DNA of 64,000 bases from Raillietiella orientalis (lineage: Eukaryota), in contig JAYWIR010000040.1 of assembly GCA_036172245.1 (NCBI GenBank), positions 124,001-188,000 on the forward strand, written 5' to 3'. The notes below the pieces were generated by a model. It did not search any database and was not told the DNA's origin. It saw only the letters and a list, made by a program, of their open reading frames with translations. The position numbers and the translations under genes are program-made. Every line of letters begins with the position of its first letter. Within the stretch, counting starts at the first letter, position 1. Below are positions 36,101 to 48,300 of this stretch, one piece after another.

Positions 36101-39100
36101 AGTAGAGATATTCGCCCTGCAGACAAGAAATCAGATGGAAAAGCTACGTTCTCATAGTAAAAAATTCACTTCATCTCTCAGTAATCTTGATCGTTCCAGG
36201 AGATTTCACTTTGCACATTCACAGAACAAAAGTGCCACAAATTCGAGTTCAAGGATGGCTTCTGCTTTTTTATTGTGGACCAAGCGGAGAAGAGTCACTA
36301 TGGCTTCAACCTCCTTCTGACGCTTTGGGAGACATTCGTATTCTACAATGGTGGAAATGAGAAGTAACATCAAAGAATGCGATGGAAGTCAGTAAAGAAG
36401 AATGCAGACGAAATGACCCAATGAATAGTCTGTTATGTCGAATGAATCTTGCATATGATTCCAGATAGTATGGAATCAGAAAAGAAAATTATCTTCTAAG
36501 GGATGAAGTGAACTTTCAAGAGACACTGCGCTCAATTTGAAATCATGCACACTACACGAAGTTCTGCATTTGGGCCATCATACGAGATCTGGTGAAATGG
36601 CTGCATCATCAGATTCAAAGTTGAAAGAGTGTTCAACAAGCATAGATAGTACGTGCAGCGAAAATTTGGTTTTCAGCAATTTCCCGGCTTGGGCAGCGTG
36701 GCTCGTTGATGACCGTAAAGCCGTGACGAATCCCTGACCCAACCTAATTTCGAACGCGCTTTCTGAAAAAAGATATTGTGCTCAAGGAAAGCCGTGTCGA
36801 GTACACTAGTGTTCACATAAAACCGAGAGAAAAGGAATCGTACGCAAAATAAAATTGTTCCTGTTCTGTTACAAATAACAAATTCATCCAACCGTGTAAC
36901 GACAAATTTGTGCTGGAGCATTACCTGCCATGATCAATGGAAATCGTTGGAGGCATTTTTGGATTCATGGATTTCAATCTCTGAAACCACGACGTGTTGG
37001 TGTATGCTTTGTCTAGCAGCTTCGGAGCGACTCCTAAGAATCCTTGGTGAGGGAAGGAAAACGCGTCCACAAGAATGGATTCAGAAACTTGCCAGAATTT
37101 CTGATTTATGAGAAGCTGATTTCCTATCTGGAAGTAAAGGACAATTGCTCTCACAAACTGACAGTACAAATTACTATGTGCCGTGCATCAAGGTGCCAAA
37201 AATAAAAAAACTCAATGTGGTATACAAAAGATGCTCTGAACTTCCACTAATGTCTGAGGTTAGCAAGAGCAGAGAAGCAAGCCTCTTGCTGTTCAAATCT
37301 TATTTGCTGATTTAATAAATTACTTTGTTCCACCAACCGTGCAAGAACTCTGTAACATTGTTCTGATGCAGATCCCCTTATCAGTCGGAAGATTGCAAAT
37401 TTATTGGGCAACAGAAAATGCTTGAGGAGATAGAATGATATCTTTTCCTGGCTGCAGTTTACAGTTATTTGTGTGAAAAGTAATCCTTTTTGTACAATCA
37501 ATTCACATTTGGGAGCTCACCGTAATGTCGTCTTCTCCTAAGATGAGGTAATCGCCTATATTGCTTCGCAAGTGCAATTCTTTTGAACGTTCACGGAAGC
37601 TACGAAAAGTGCAAGAGTCCACCAGTGAAAATTCTTTACAACACAAAATGTAATGACATTAATACAAGACAGAATTTCCTCTTACCAAGAGGCATGCTCA
37701 TATCCGATAGTACAATGGAGTTCAAAGTTCCATATGGAACTATAGACATGTCTCTCTCCGGAATTCCTACTTTTATTTGAAAATACAAATGCTGAAAAGA
37801 AAATAGATAAACAGCTTTCAAGTCAATACGCGGAACTTCCCATTGCTCGCAACCTAGTTTGACATTTCTGATTTCCGAATCCCAATGCTCTGCTAAAGAG
37901 AGCAATGGCTTCTCATCTGACTCAAAGGAGCGAATGTACCTGTTTATCAGGCAGCTCGTATGTTACACGTTCACTACCTTCAAGCCGCCATGCCCAGAAA
38001 ATTTTACATTTGAGTTAGGAAAAGAGGTTGCTCTTGGGTTGAAAAGCTTGCTTATCTCCGAGAATGATGCAAATATACTAACTAAGAAACTGGTTGCATT
38101 AGTCAGGCTAAAAGTCGAGTTTGTGATATATCACTGCAGAGAAGCCAATTTTCTGGGTTCAAGAACTCGTTAAGCGACAAGACGCTTTCTGTCATCCATG
38201 CACCAAACAGTCCAAGCGGCTGTGTCCTTTGCAATTTTCCCACTCCTCAGCTTCGATTGCATCCACAGTCAACCCTACCACAGTTAACGATGTATGTGCC
38301 TGGTACAACACACCGTGAACACTCATATCAACAAATTCGGCCTCGCTTTAAAATGACAGTGCAGACGTCACCCCGTATTCTTCTGCAAGTCTAAATGCAA
38401 AAGCGAGCGCAATAATCCCAATTTTTAGGGATATAAACTCAAATTAGCATGCAAATGGAAACGCAACAGAAAAAAAACACAGCCCAAACAAAAGTCACTC
38501 CCGATATTTGGAATAAATGTTTGATTGCTAAGAAGGCAACAGATCTGTGGCAGCACGTTGTGGGTAGAGCACTTTTATTATGTAAAACTAACATGAAATT
38601 GACACAACGAAACAAGGAAAGAATGGTGACCGGATTTCTTACCGCACCATCAGTGAATAGGGGAACCTCGAACCATCCGTCCTTTTCCTCTGGTGATTTC
38701 GCTCGTGCATTCCAATTTCCAAGTTGGCTTGCATGAGACCTCTTGAGTTCGACAGAACCATCCCTTTTTTCCTCACTACTCATCAGGAAGTGTGCGGAAG
38801 CGTGGGGTGTTCTGCGATGAAGACAATCGGTGACAGTGTTTTCAATATTTGAAATCCATTCAAGACGAAATTCGATACAGCATACTCCTCATCGTGGTCA
38901 TCCTAACTTCTATAGAATTACATAGCAACATGATTTGATATGCGATCGTGCATGGCTACTTCTGGGCGCGTGTCCACCCAGTTCTTTTCATGCATTTACC
39001 GATTGGGATGGACCCATTCAGCCAAGCAGCATCAACCCACAATAAGGAAATTTAGCATCAGGCCAAAATACACGCATGAAACGCTTGAAAATACAAAGGA

Positions 39101-41640
39101 AACGATGACGCAAAAAGAAAAAGGCATCAAATAAACTGGGTTCCCATCTAGAATATTGGCACTGCTCCTACTGCTACGGTACAAAGGACTACTGAAGGGA
39201 GAGCAAGCGGCTTTCGGCTGACCTTAAAAGCACAAAAGAAAGATTCCAACATGGAAAATAGAAGCTTCTACAGACGAAATGACTCTTGCGTCTGATGCTT
39301 CCACGAATTCACTGCAATCTGAAATGCGAAATGGAAGGCAGCAAACGCGATGGTACGAGAGGTCGCAAGAAGTTGATGTGCACTGCAAACATTGAGATTG
39401 CGGATGTGCAGCAGTGCGATAGTGTTGGAAATGTGTCGTAATGACCTCAGTAGACATTAGCGTGGTATCCACGAAGGCACTTGTGTGCCATTGGAATATA
39501 AGCCATCAGAGTGTATCGGTGAACTAAGGCCTTCATGAATTCGATACACCATCGATATTTGAGCTGATGAGGCAGAACTAGTCTTCTGCGAGGATTCCGT
39601 CGCGGAAAGATGACTTTTGCAAGAGCTCTAGGAATTCGCGGATAGAATCCACTCCAAGTTTCGCCGTTCTGGGGATCAGAATTTCGAACTCCACTCGGAA
39701 TTTGACATCATGTTAATGTGGACCCCATCGTGCAAATTTCTCAGGTAGATTGCATGTTATGTTCCAAGTGGAACGAAGCTTTGTGGTCTACTTTGTGGTC
39801 CTCGGTCTTCCGCGTTCAAACGGTCAACTGCAGCATTCCTATAAATTTATATGTTGAATGCACGCGGAAATATGGTAGAAAAGTACCCAGTTTCCTTGGT
39901 CGGGTTTTCGAAAAATGGAATTGTTGTTCTTTGCTTTGCAAAGAGAAATTGTCACCGTTTCACTCTTTAATGGAGAGATCTGAGAGATACGCGGAAGAAA
40001 CCAACCCATGTTCTGAACTCAAAGTTCTAAAATTCGGCTGAGCATCTTCAGAGCAAGATTCGAATGCGGAGACGTACCTTTTTATTTCGCTGCAGGAATG
40101 TAGAATCGCTATTGCAAAGATCAGGAGCTTCATTCCTTCCCAGCTACTGCAACTTTTTCCGGAAATTTCGATGTGATTGGCTGAAAAGAAAAAAAGACTT
40201 TTCGCTGTGGAAAGCAAATTCTGAATATGTTGAACCTCGCAAATGATTGAAGGTCGTGCTAAAGAGTAAATGTTACGTTTTTTTTCTACTCTAATGGGCA
40301 TTGGAGGATTACACTGATAACAGTGCTGTAATTTTAGATAAACCACAAAGTCGTCTTAGTGGTTTTCATTGACCCCGACTTGATAGCAGTTGAGAGTCTA
40401 CTGCTGTCGATCCGAATGACTATGCCTCGGTTGCATTGGAAAGTACTTTAAGATAGAAGTTCATCCGGAAATTTCATCAGGTGACCGAAGTGTGGTGCAG
40501 AATATCGCTGAAGCGGTGCAAGGTTTCGTCGCGATGTGGTTTCTTCCATCCCTTTCGTAAAAACGACTGAGCTTAAACTTCCAGGTAAAGTATAGATTGT
40601 AAACCTCTTCAAAGCACGAATCCTGAAGAAAGCACCCCATTTTGTCTTCAGAAACTTCTCTTGCTTTGCATTCGTGGAGATATGTTCGGTGCCTTGAAGA
40701 GCAGCTGCTTGCATTTGTGTCCAATTTCTGATTTGCTTCTGTTGTGAGGCCACGTGGTCGCAAAACTGAAGCAAAAATCTCTTTAGGCAGAAAAAAAGGA
40801 CACTTTGCAATGCTTTATCTTCATCTATATGTTAGCTTGTGCATCATTGGCTGCACCAAAATGTACACAATGCAGCAACCCAAAAGAAGTGTTCTTCATT
40901 GCGACAAAGTCTCTACTGAGGGGTTTGACCAGGAGGAGAAATTAGTTTCTTCAGCGATGCGCTCAGCTGCTAAGATCCCTTCTCAACTGAAGATGATGGT
41001 GGTCGAACATAAGCTTGTCACCGTTGAAAATCATCAAAGTAAGCGCACTGCTTTGTGGTTTCCATGCGACGCGGGGTGGTGCTCTTTTGTGCCGTCAAGA
41101 TAACAGGCAGCTGTAGGTATTGGAGTGGTAGCTGTAGGGCTAGATAAACCAGTTTAACGGATCAATCTCTGTGCGAATTCCGGTCACCAGGCGAAATCAT
41201 TTGCACTCGTTCGTATGTACAAGTATCAGTTTCATCATCGGAAATGTCGGAAGCGCATATTTTGCGGCGATTGCACTTTGGAGCAGCTTTGTGCCGTCTT
41301 TGCACATACATGATCTGAGTTTGTTTGCGCCTACTGAGCAAGCGATTGGCAAAACTAGTGTAAATAATCATTTTGTCATAATCATTTAAATAATCATAAT
41401 CATTTTCTCACGGGCAAAAAGGTGTCACGCGTCTGAATTTTGAGAGGTTATTCATGAAGTAATCAATTTTCAAGCTTATACACACCTTCACTCTACATCA
41501 ACTGCAGTGATGTTGGTAGCCACACGGAGGAACAGTGTACAGCAGAACTTTTTCTTAGAAGCTGCAGGCACGGAAGCACAGAAACCGTGCGCAGATGAAT
41601 GAGAAGATGGGGAGATGTGAAGGAAATTTGAATATGAAGT
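33170..41640. repeat. Segmental tandem duplication, copy 1 (partner ~56300-64000)
   Basis: Near-identical blocks: 33658-34656/56845-57843, 36470-36990/59690-60210, 38197-40235/61445-63484. Diverged homology lies between and beyond them (41530-41630 vs 63890-63990). Confidence 0.95.
34582..40133 (-). CDS. Secreted pepsin/cathepsin-D-like (A1) protein lacking both catalytic DTG motifs; 9 exons, about 356 aa
   Basis: Manual GT-AG model: 40133-40078, 37939-37864, 37791-37686, 37633-37521, 37127-36925, 35240-35127, 35074-34930, 34884-34798, 34752-34582 (1071 nt, open). Motifs: MKLLIFAIAIL signal-like; YFQIKVGIP; LGEDDITIG; QGFLGVAP; GMLIFG; QWALP; ICRGCTAFF; VPC; IILGDLFGKHYRTVFD. Exons 3-9 are secure; exons 1-2 are less so. 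Confidence 0.87.
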
Positions 41641-41939
41641 GAAGTCTTTATTCAGAACCTCAGACAGTTATTCGACACTTTGCGGTGACAGTGAAAATGA
41701 GATTCATATGATATTCGACAGCTGTGCATTGGTAACGTAGAACTTTTTACGTTGCATTTACTGAAACGAGCATTTTTTTTTCGTATGAATCCAGCTTTGC
41801 TCTATTCTCAATGCACGCATGACCCGGGACTCTTGTGATAGTCTCAATGCAAAAAGGAGAGCGGTCCGAAATTTTTTTTGGTCATTTCGGATTCTCTGTA
41901 GACGGAAACACTGCAGAGAAAGCAAGGGTAGTGCCTTCC

Positions 41940-42160
41940 AAATGATTCCTTCCAATAACTTTTGGAAACTTTTGATTTCTTAGAAAGCCACAGGTCTGTG
42001 GCAGCACGTTGTAGGTGACGCACTCTCGTTATGTGGAACTAACGAAATTAGTACAAGCAAACAAGGAAAGCAAGATGACTGAATCCCTATCCCTCCATCA
42101 GTGAATAGAGAAACTTGGAACCATCCAAACCATTTAGACATGCTTGGAAATGTTTTGCAC
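41940..42160. repeat. Third, diverged copy of the 38490-38700 / 61740-61950 segment
   Basis: Shared tctgtggcagcacgttgt, aacaaggaaag, ccatcagtgaatag and aaccatcc. Confidence 0.85.
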
Positions 42161-44659
42161 CTAACCACCCAAGTTGTCGTTCTTTGGTAACAGCTTTCCA
42201 GTGTTCAATTCCTTCAGCATTCATGACTCCGTTTGACTGCAGGTACACTGTATCCCTGAGAATAAACAGAATTCTCTTTAAAAAATGATGCACATCCGCT
42301 GGATGCTAGAATACGAAGCCACTTGTAATCATCTTAGGGTCTTTTAATGTTAGCAGATTTTCATGGATTTTTCTAAAGCACTTTCACGTTACAAGTATTA
42401 GCTTTCTATAGTAGAACTCAACAACATGCGTTCTACAAAAAAACACTCCTACTGAGTATTCAGTTTCAAGTGGTCCAAATCTTTCATGAGTAAAAATTCC
42501 TTAACGGGCTGTTCAAGGCACGGCAAGCGATGAGTGTGATGAGCAAATAGTGATTTCCATTTTGTAGGGAATATGCAGGGTGGAGTCCGTCTCCTTTTAC
42601 GTTTCTTTATTTACTTGATACAAAAAACACGTGTGATGGTTTCTACAATTTTGCTCTTCAAGAAGAGAAATCACTTGCAAATTTACCTTTAGACTAGTAG
42701 TACCTTTAGACCTTAGGACTGTGTAATTCAGAATTCATGCTAATTCAATAATAAAGAAGCATTCAAATAATGTAAATGAGTAGTAATGTGATTTCATAAA
42801 ATATGGTTATAGGGATAAAGTGCAAAATAATACTGCAAATATGGCTTGTCTCCTGTCCGGTTCGCCTTAAGGTGAATTCATTACACAATCGCAACGAATG
42901 AAATCGAATAAATAAACAGTTTTACTTTAACGATTGGTGGTCCTCGCTTCCCGCGCGAGTGAGCACTACACCGTCCCGACTTCATGTTTTGCAATCCTCA
43001 AGCAGTGCTAAAGAACCCAAGAAGGTACTCTGCCGCACGCACTGATGTTGGTTTCTTTTCTCAAAAGTCCTTGCAGAATATCTCTTGAGTTGCATGGTGG
43101 CCACTAGTCAGTTTCGTCTTGATGAAAATGCTCTTTAACAAGAACGTTATGATCATCTGCATGTCAGAGTTCTAGCTTCACACATCAACTTGAACATCGA
43201 ACAGACCTCTCAGGATCTCTAGTTTGGCTCCTTAGTACATTGAGGTGATCTATGGAACCACTTTTCACTCCTAGACAAGGGTTACGAAGGTGTAGGCATG
43301 TAGTTGGTCTTCGGTTGACCTGCATACCGGGCGCTGGCCGTCGTCGGGTTTTTCAGACTGATGTTGGAGTCACGTACCGCATAGGATGCTTCCATGGTAA
43401 AACATCAGGGGCTTCTGGACAGACACACCCTTCCATTTAACTGCATTAGTCAGTGTTGATACTTCTGTGCTGAAGTCTTTCGTCCAACGCCTGCTGGCAT
43501 TGTTAACCACAGGAATTTGTCAACACGATCTGTGCCAGGTGTGAGGAGAGGGAATTCCTCTCCCATTTGCGTGTGGATTATGTTGCTTTCCGACTTTTCT
43601 GGACACGTTTTCCCGACACCCTAGGCACCCCGACGACAACCTTGGGATGCTCTGAAACCCCTCCTCGATCGCGATACATCAGGTTGGAAGCCTTGCTAGC
43701 AGCCCGCTGCTAGCGTCGCGGAATTGCAGCTATCTGAAGCAATGCAAGTGAAAGGCACAGCGACAGGGATGTCAGCCACTTTGCTATGCGATTTGGATTT
43801 GATTTTTGGCCCCATTAGGAAACTCAGTCTCTAGTTTACTGGCAGTGGAGCATCTTCATCAGTAGTGGTCCTCCATCTAAATATGTCTATCGAGTTCTGA
43901 AACGTTAACGAGATAAGGCCCTATCTCGGCTCTATAAGCGAAATTCAACACTCCTCTTAGTGTTGAGTTAGATGTATGATTCTTTTTTGAAGCTGCATCA
44001 CATGTGCGATAAATAGCTCTTTATATCTTTAAATTGGCAGAGGTAGCTGTAGTCGAAGCCCACGGACCAATATGAGGGATAGAAAGCGTCTGTTTACACA
44101 TTCCAGCGGTCTGCAAACCCTAACACACCACAAAGGTCTTTACTCTGTTGCTGCATCATCCGGAATATCTTTGAGGATTTACCTGCTCGGCTATCATAGT
44201 AGAGGTATAGCAACAGCGATTAATGGATTTTCAGAGTGTCTCCAATATTTGTGAACATTTATTGCAGTCGGGAAAACTGAAATATATCTTTTAACATCAT
44301 TACCATTTTAAATTTCATTATTATCCATCATTTAATAATCAATTATTCAGCTTACTGTAATAATCGATAAATTGCAATATTTGCATATTATTATAATCAT
44401 TAACTCTAACTAATTACTATAATAATTTACAAAGACAGGTGTAGCTATCATGGAAATAGCAGATGTGCTGTGAGTTCAATGTTGTTTTGAAAATTTGCAT
44501 CAGCATGTGGGATTCTCAAGGGAATGACGAAGCTCAGCTAGACTGAGATTTTGTAAATACAAAGGACCAATACCAGTACCGGATCGTGCTACAAAATCAA
44601 GTGTGGCTAATTTTAGGACCTTATTACATATTTAGATTGATATCTACCTCTTTTTCCCT

Positions 44660-45130
44660 ACAGAGCATGGGCCGTTTATGAATAGAACTTCAAGCTATTC
44701 TGTAAAAGTTTGCGTGTCCAATGTCTATGAAGCAGTGGAACAGAGGATGAATCACTGTCTCACGTGTTGAAGAGATGCAAAAAACACGTTCCTCTGACTA
44801 TGAGACGCCACGGTGCGATTCAAGAAATAGTCAAGAAGCCCGCAGTGGATAAAGCCAAATGGAGTCTTGTATGAAGAAATCGGAGATTGCCAGGAACATT
44901 TACCACCCTAAAACGGATCTAGTTTTACAAAAAGGGAACCGGATTTGTGTGATAGACGTCTGCTGCCCATACGAAAGAAAACGTTCAGCATAACCAGGAA
45001 GAAAAAAGAAGGAAAATACAAGGAGGTTGCAATGCAACTGGGAAGTGGTGGAAAACAAAGCAAAGTACGAGCGTTCATCGACGGCTCTCTGGGAGCATGG
45101 GACTCTGAGATCATTTCTTTTGTAACTTTT
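44660..45130 (+). mobile_element. RLE-type LINE 3' fragment, same family as 19550-20850
   Basis: GTEDESLSHVLKRCKKHVPLTMRRHGAIQEIVKK..KWSLV..RRLPGT; KEGKY; FIDGSLGAWD. Confidence 0.85.
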
Positions 45131-45859
45131 CTTACTGTTTCAGAATGCCACTCTTAAAAATCAAAATATTTTTCCCACTAGTTGGTCGAGGAGTCCGAAA
45201 TTGGACACACAATGGTGACTTTGAAATGTATTTGAATTTGCTGCCATCTTGCGTGACTGCTGAGGTATAATGTGCCTGCGAACAAGGTTGGGCAACTTGA
45301 ATCTGTGGAGATCTGTGAGATGAGGTTCCAGTGAGGACGGACTGTTTTGCATCTTCAAGCAAGGATGATGAGTCGTTGGAATTTTGATTCCCCTTGTATT
45401 CACTCTACAATTCAGTTTCTGCGTTATGAAGGCGTTATCGTGATGGGAATCAGCGTGTGACTTCGAAGAAGCTTGCGCACCAGCATGGGACGTAGTTGTT
45501 TTTTTTTTTTCATACAAGAAATTTGCATGTGTCCTATTAAATTGCGTGCTGTGGAAATAAATTCTTATTTTCAGTACTGGTAATGATAGATCCATTGCAC
45601 TTTGCGCCTTTTTCTGATGATCGTTGTCTATCTTGGTCTGTTCCTCTGCTAGCTTGAAAATTTGTTATCGAACGAACCTGTTTCGAAACCGTCTATACCG
45701 GTTCTTCACAACCGATTGCTTCGAAGTGTTTCTTTAACAAACACAAGCCAAAGTCGGTGCCACATTCTACTGAGGGAGGCGACGAGGTTCCCAACAGCAC
45801 GAAGGATACGAAGGACAAGATTGGAAAGGATAGAAACTCACTGTTTACAGCACCAAACG

Positions 45860-46460
45860 TCTCAGTGCTCGCAAAGTCGGTTGTGTGCATCCTTCGCTTT
45901 GGCTTAGATGCCAATGACCTCCTCATCGCTCCACACGTGTGTCCACATTGACGTTTTCGTAAGGAACTGTCCAGTCATGAGGATGTTGTTGCAGCCACTG
46001 TCGGTGTAGTATCTTTCTGGAACAACATCGCTCAGGCAGCACAGCTCTGCAGCCGCGCCTGCGGATGGCATGCAATCCTGCACAATGAGGAACTTCAATA
46101 CATGAGTTGGATTGTCCAGCGAGTAGTGAAAAGCTACAAAAAAGCGTATTTATGAGTCCTGAAAGGCATCACAATTCGAAATCAGGTGCGCAGGGTTTAC
46201 TTCTGACACTTCGCAGAGTTTGAGGATGCAGTTTTCAAGATTGATCCGCAGCTCTGAAACAGCAGCACAGCTTGTTTCTCAACTAGAAACAACACCGGTG
46301 TGTTCAGGCAAAACGAAAGTACTGCTGGCTAGTCGAGGCTCGCAACTTAGGGTTGTCACCGCGGAAACGTGGTATGTTGACTTGGAAACGAGGACCAGGT
46401 TGCTCTTCGTCCAGCCATTCAAGATAAGCTTGAGTGCCCTCAGCTTGAAAGGCGAGGACA
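45860..46460 (-). pseudogene. Possible terminal exons of a further, very divergent A1-fold paralogue
   Basis: LCCLSDVV..NILMTGQFLTKTSMWTHVWSDEEVIGI*AKAK loosely matches the C.SG..WILGDVFL..YTVFD....IG.A.A pattern. Confidence 0.35.
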
Positions 46461-47199
46461 AGAGGAAAAGCTGTAGCATCTAGGCGCAGCGAATCTTTGA
46501 GAGGAAAGAAAATTACAGCTTTTCCACAATAGTGTTGTGTTCTAATCAAGTGATCCCGATTGCAATCGTCATGACATACACCGATATTAGGCTATGTAAT
46601 AAAGTCTGAATGCAAACAGACACTGCTTACTTGTTGTTTTGGGACATCGAGATATTAAGTGAAATGAATGCTCAATATCACATGGTCTAACTTAGGTTTT
46701 GAGTCAATACATTCAAAGAATATAAGAGGCAACTTTATAGTTTTGGGAAATCTTTATCAATGGCCCTATCAAGTTTGCTCATTTCTTTCGTTGTTTTTCC
46801 CCTGAAGTCCCGGCGCAGGCAATCTGGTCTGGCAATCCTAGTCGTGCGCTACAGGGCTCGGAATCGGAAATTGCACCTTCCACACAGGAGAGAAATTGGT
46901 AGCATGAACTTATCGCGTCATGGAAGAATTGCTTTCTTTATAGTAGATAGCGTTCTGAGCACAATAAATGCAGAAGCTGACGACATTGGGTAGGAAAAAG
47001 AACGGAGGGCTCCAGTGCGAAAAAGAGCACTTGTAGCAAATACTGAACTGATAGTGTTCACTACTGATAAGCACTTGTATGCACTCGATATACAAGACAG
47101 CAGTTCCGCTTTCGGTTCATTAACATGGTATTAGTGAGACTGAAGGTTTACATTGCATATTGTTTACAATTCAAATGAGAAAATATCTTCATTAAAAGA

Positions 47200-47770
47200 T
47201 ATTATAATACCTTTTAATGAAAATGGTGAAAAATTATGGAGCCAAAAATCAGCTACAAAACTTTTGAGTTTACGCATGTCACAAGTACAGAGAGAGTGGT
47301 TGGTGATATTTCAATAGCTACAAAGAATTATCACAGCATTAACATAAAATCAGGAAACCACTGTAAATGTAGGCACAGTTACCGCAAATAAAAAGGGGTT
47401 GAAATGTATCATATTACCGTTCTTTCATGCCTGCCAAGAAACAAACATCTCGTGGCAAAATTTTTGTACTTACTATAGATAATAAAATAATCGGTATCGA
47501 CATAGAAAACAAAGAAACAGTCTAAATGTCCGATTAAATAGAGAAAGCACAAATATTGACTTCATTATTAATTATGTATGCTCATATGCCATGGGTTACA
47601 AGTAGTAAAGAATCGATGTTTGCCTTTCCTGGGTCTGAAAACACAGGAAAGCAATCCAAATACCCGGTAATGTGTTTCACACTCTAGTGTTTGCCCATGA
47701 TGAGGTATACATGACATCTGAGAAAAACAATGTTTATTTTCTAGAAAATGGGTTTGCTTTCTATCAGTGA
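47200..47770 (+). pseudogene. Bacterial-type PQQ/beta-propeller (BamB-like) gene 3' fragment, decayed
   Basis: FNENGEKLWSQK; GKIFVLTIDNKIIGIDIENKETV*; IMYAHMPWVTSSKESMFAFPGSE; IPGNVFHTLVFAHDEVYMTSEKNNVYFLENGFAFYQ*. Intronless and AT-rich, and its stop overlaps the start of the next gene. Confidence 0.65.
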
Positions 47771-48300
47771 TTATGACCTAGTTGTTATAGGTGCCTGTCA
47801 AGGTGGCTGTAATTGTTCTATTACTGCTACAATGCTTGAACTGAAAGTTGCCTGCATAGACAAAAACAGCATTTCTGGTTGCACATGTTTGCTAGTTGGA
47901 TGTATACCTACTAAAGCATTACTTCACTCCTCCTATCAGAATGTTCACACAAAAATGATCTTTGAAAAGTTTGCATCAAAACTTAGGGATGCTGATTTCG
48001 ACTCTGAAGAAATCTGAGACTATTAATATATTAAAGTTCATGAGCTTGGAAAAGATATAGAATATCTGCTGAATCACCACAGGATCACTAAACTTAATAA
48101 ACTTGAAGAGATGCTTATGCTTTACTGCTGGTTACTGCTTTTAATCAAAACAACCTCGAATTTTCAGCTAAAGGCAAGGAACTGAATGCAAAATATGAAG
48201 TATTGCAGCCGTTTCTGATATTCGTTCCCTGCCAGGGATTAACATGGAAAAGAAAAATATCATTCCGTCCACCAGTGCATTATTCCTGGTTGAAGTGACG
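47763..48300 (+). pseudogene. lpdA: Dihydrolipoamide dehydrogenase (E3) 5' fragment, decayed, bacterial-like
   Basis: SDYDLVVIG..GG..KVACIDKNSISGCTCLLVGCIPTKALLHSS; ELGKDIEYLL; SLPGINMEKKNIIPSTSALFLVEV. Has stops and frameshifts, and the start position reads ATC. Confidence 0.88.

Noticed and set aside
38250..38390. Candidate extra exon LAEEYGVTSALS.. in intron 1 (also a 21-nt candidate at about 40006-40026)
   Set aside because: It has TAA in copy 1, no clear compatible donor, and is not needed for the 9-exon model. It cannot be excluded without RNA data.
43540..43720. HDV-like ribozyme suggested by CTCCTCG and nearby hairpins (also TTCCTCG at about 49815)
   Set aside because: I could not build the P1/P2/P3 nested pseudoknot.
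47748..48017. Functional host DLD gene
   Set aside because: The FAD-binding glycines are mutated, the frame has stops and shifts, it is truncated, and it is coupled to a bacterial-type upstream gene.
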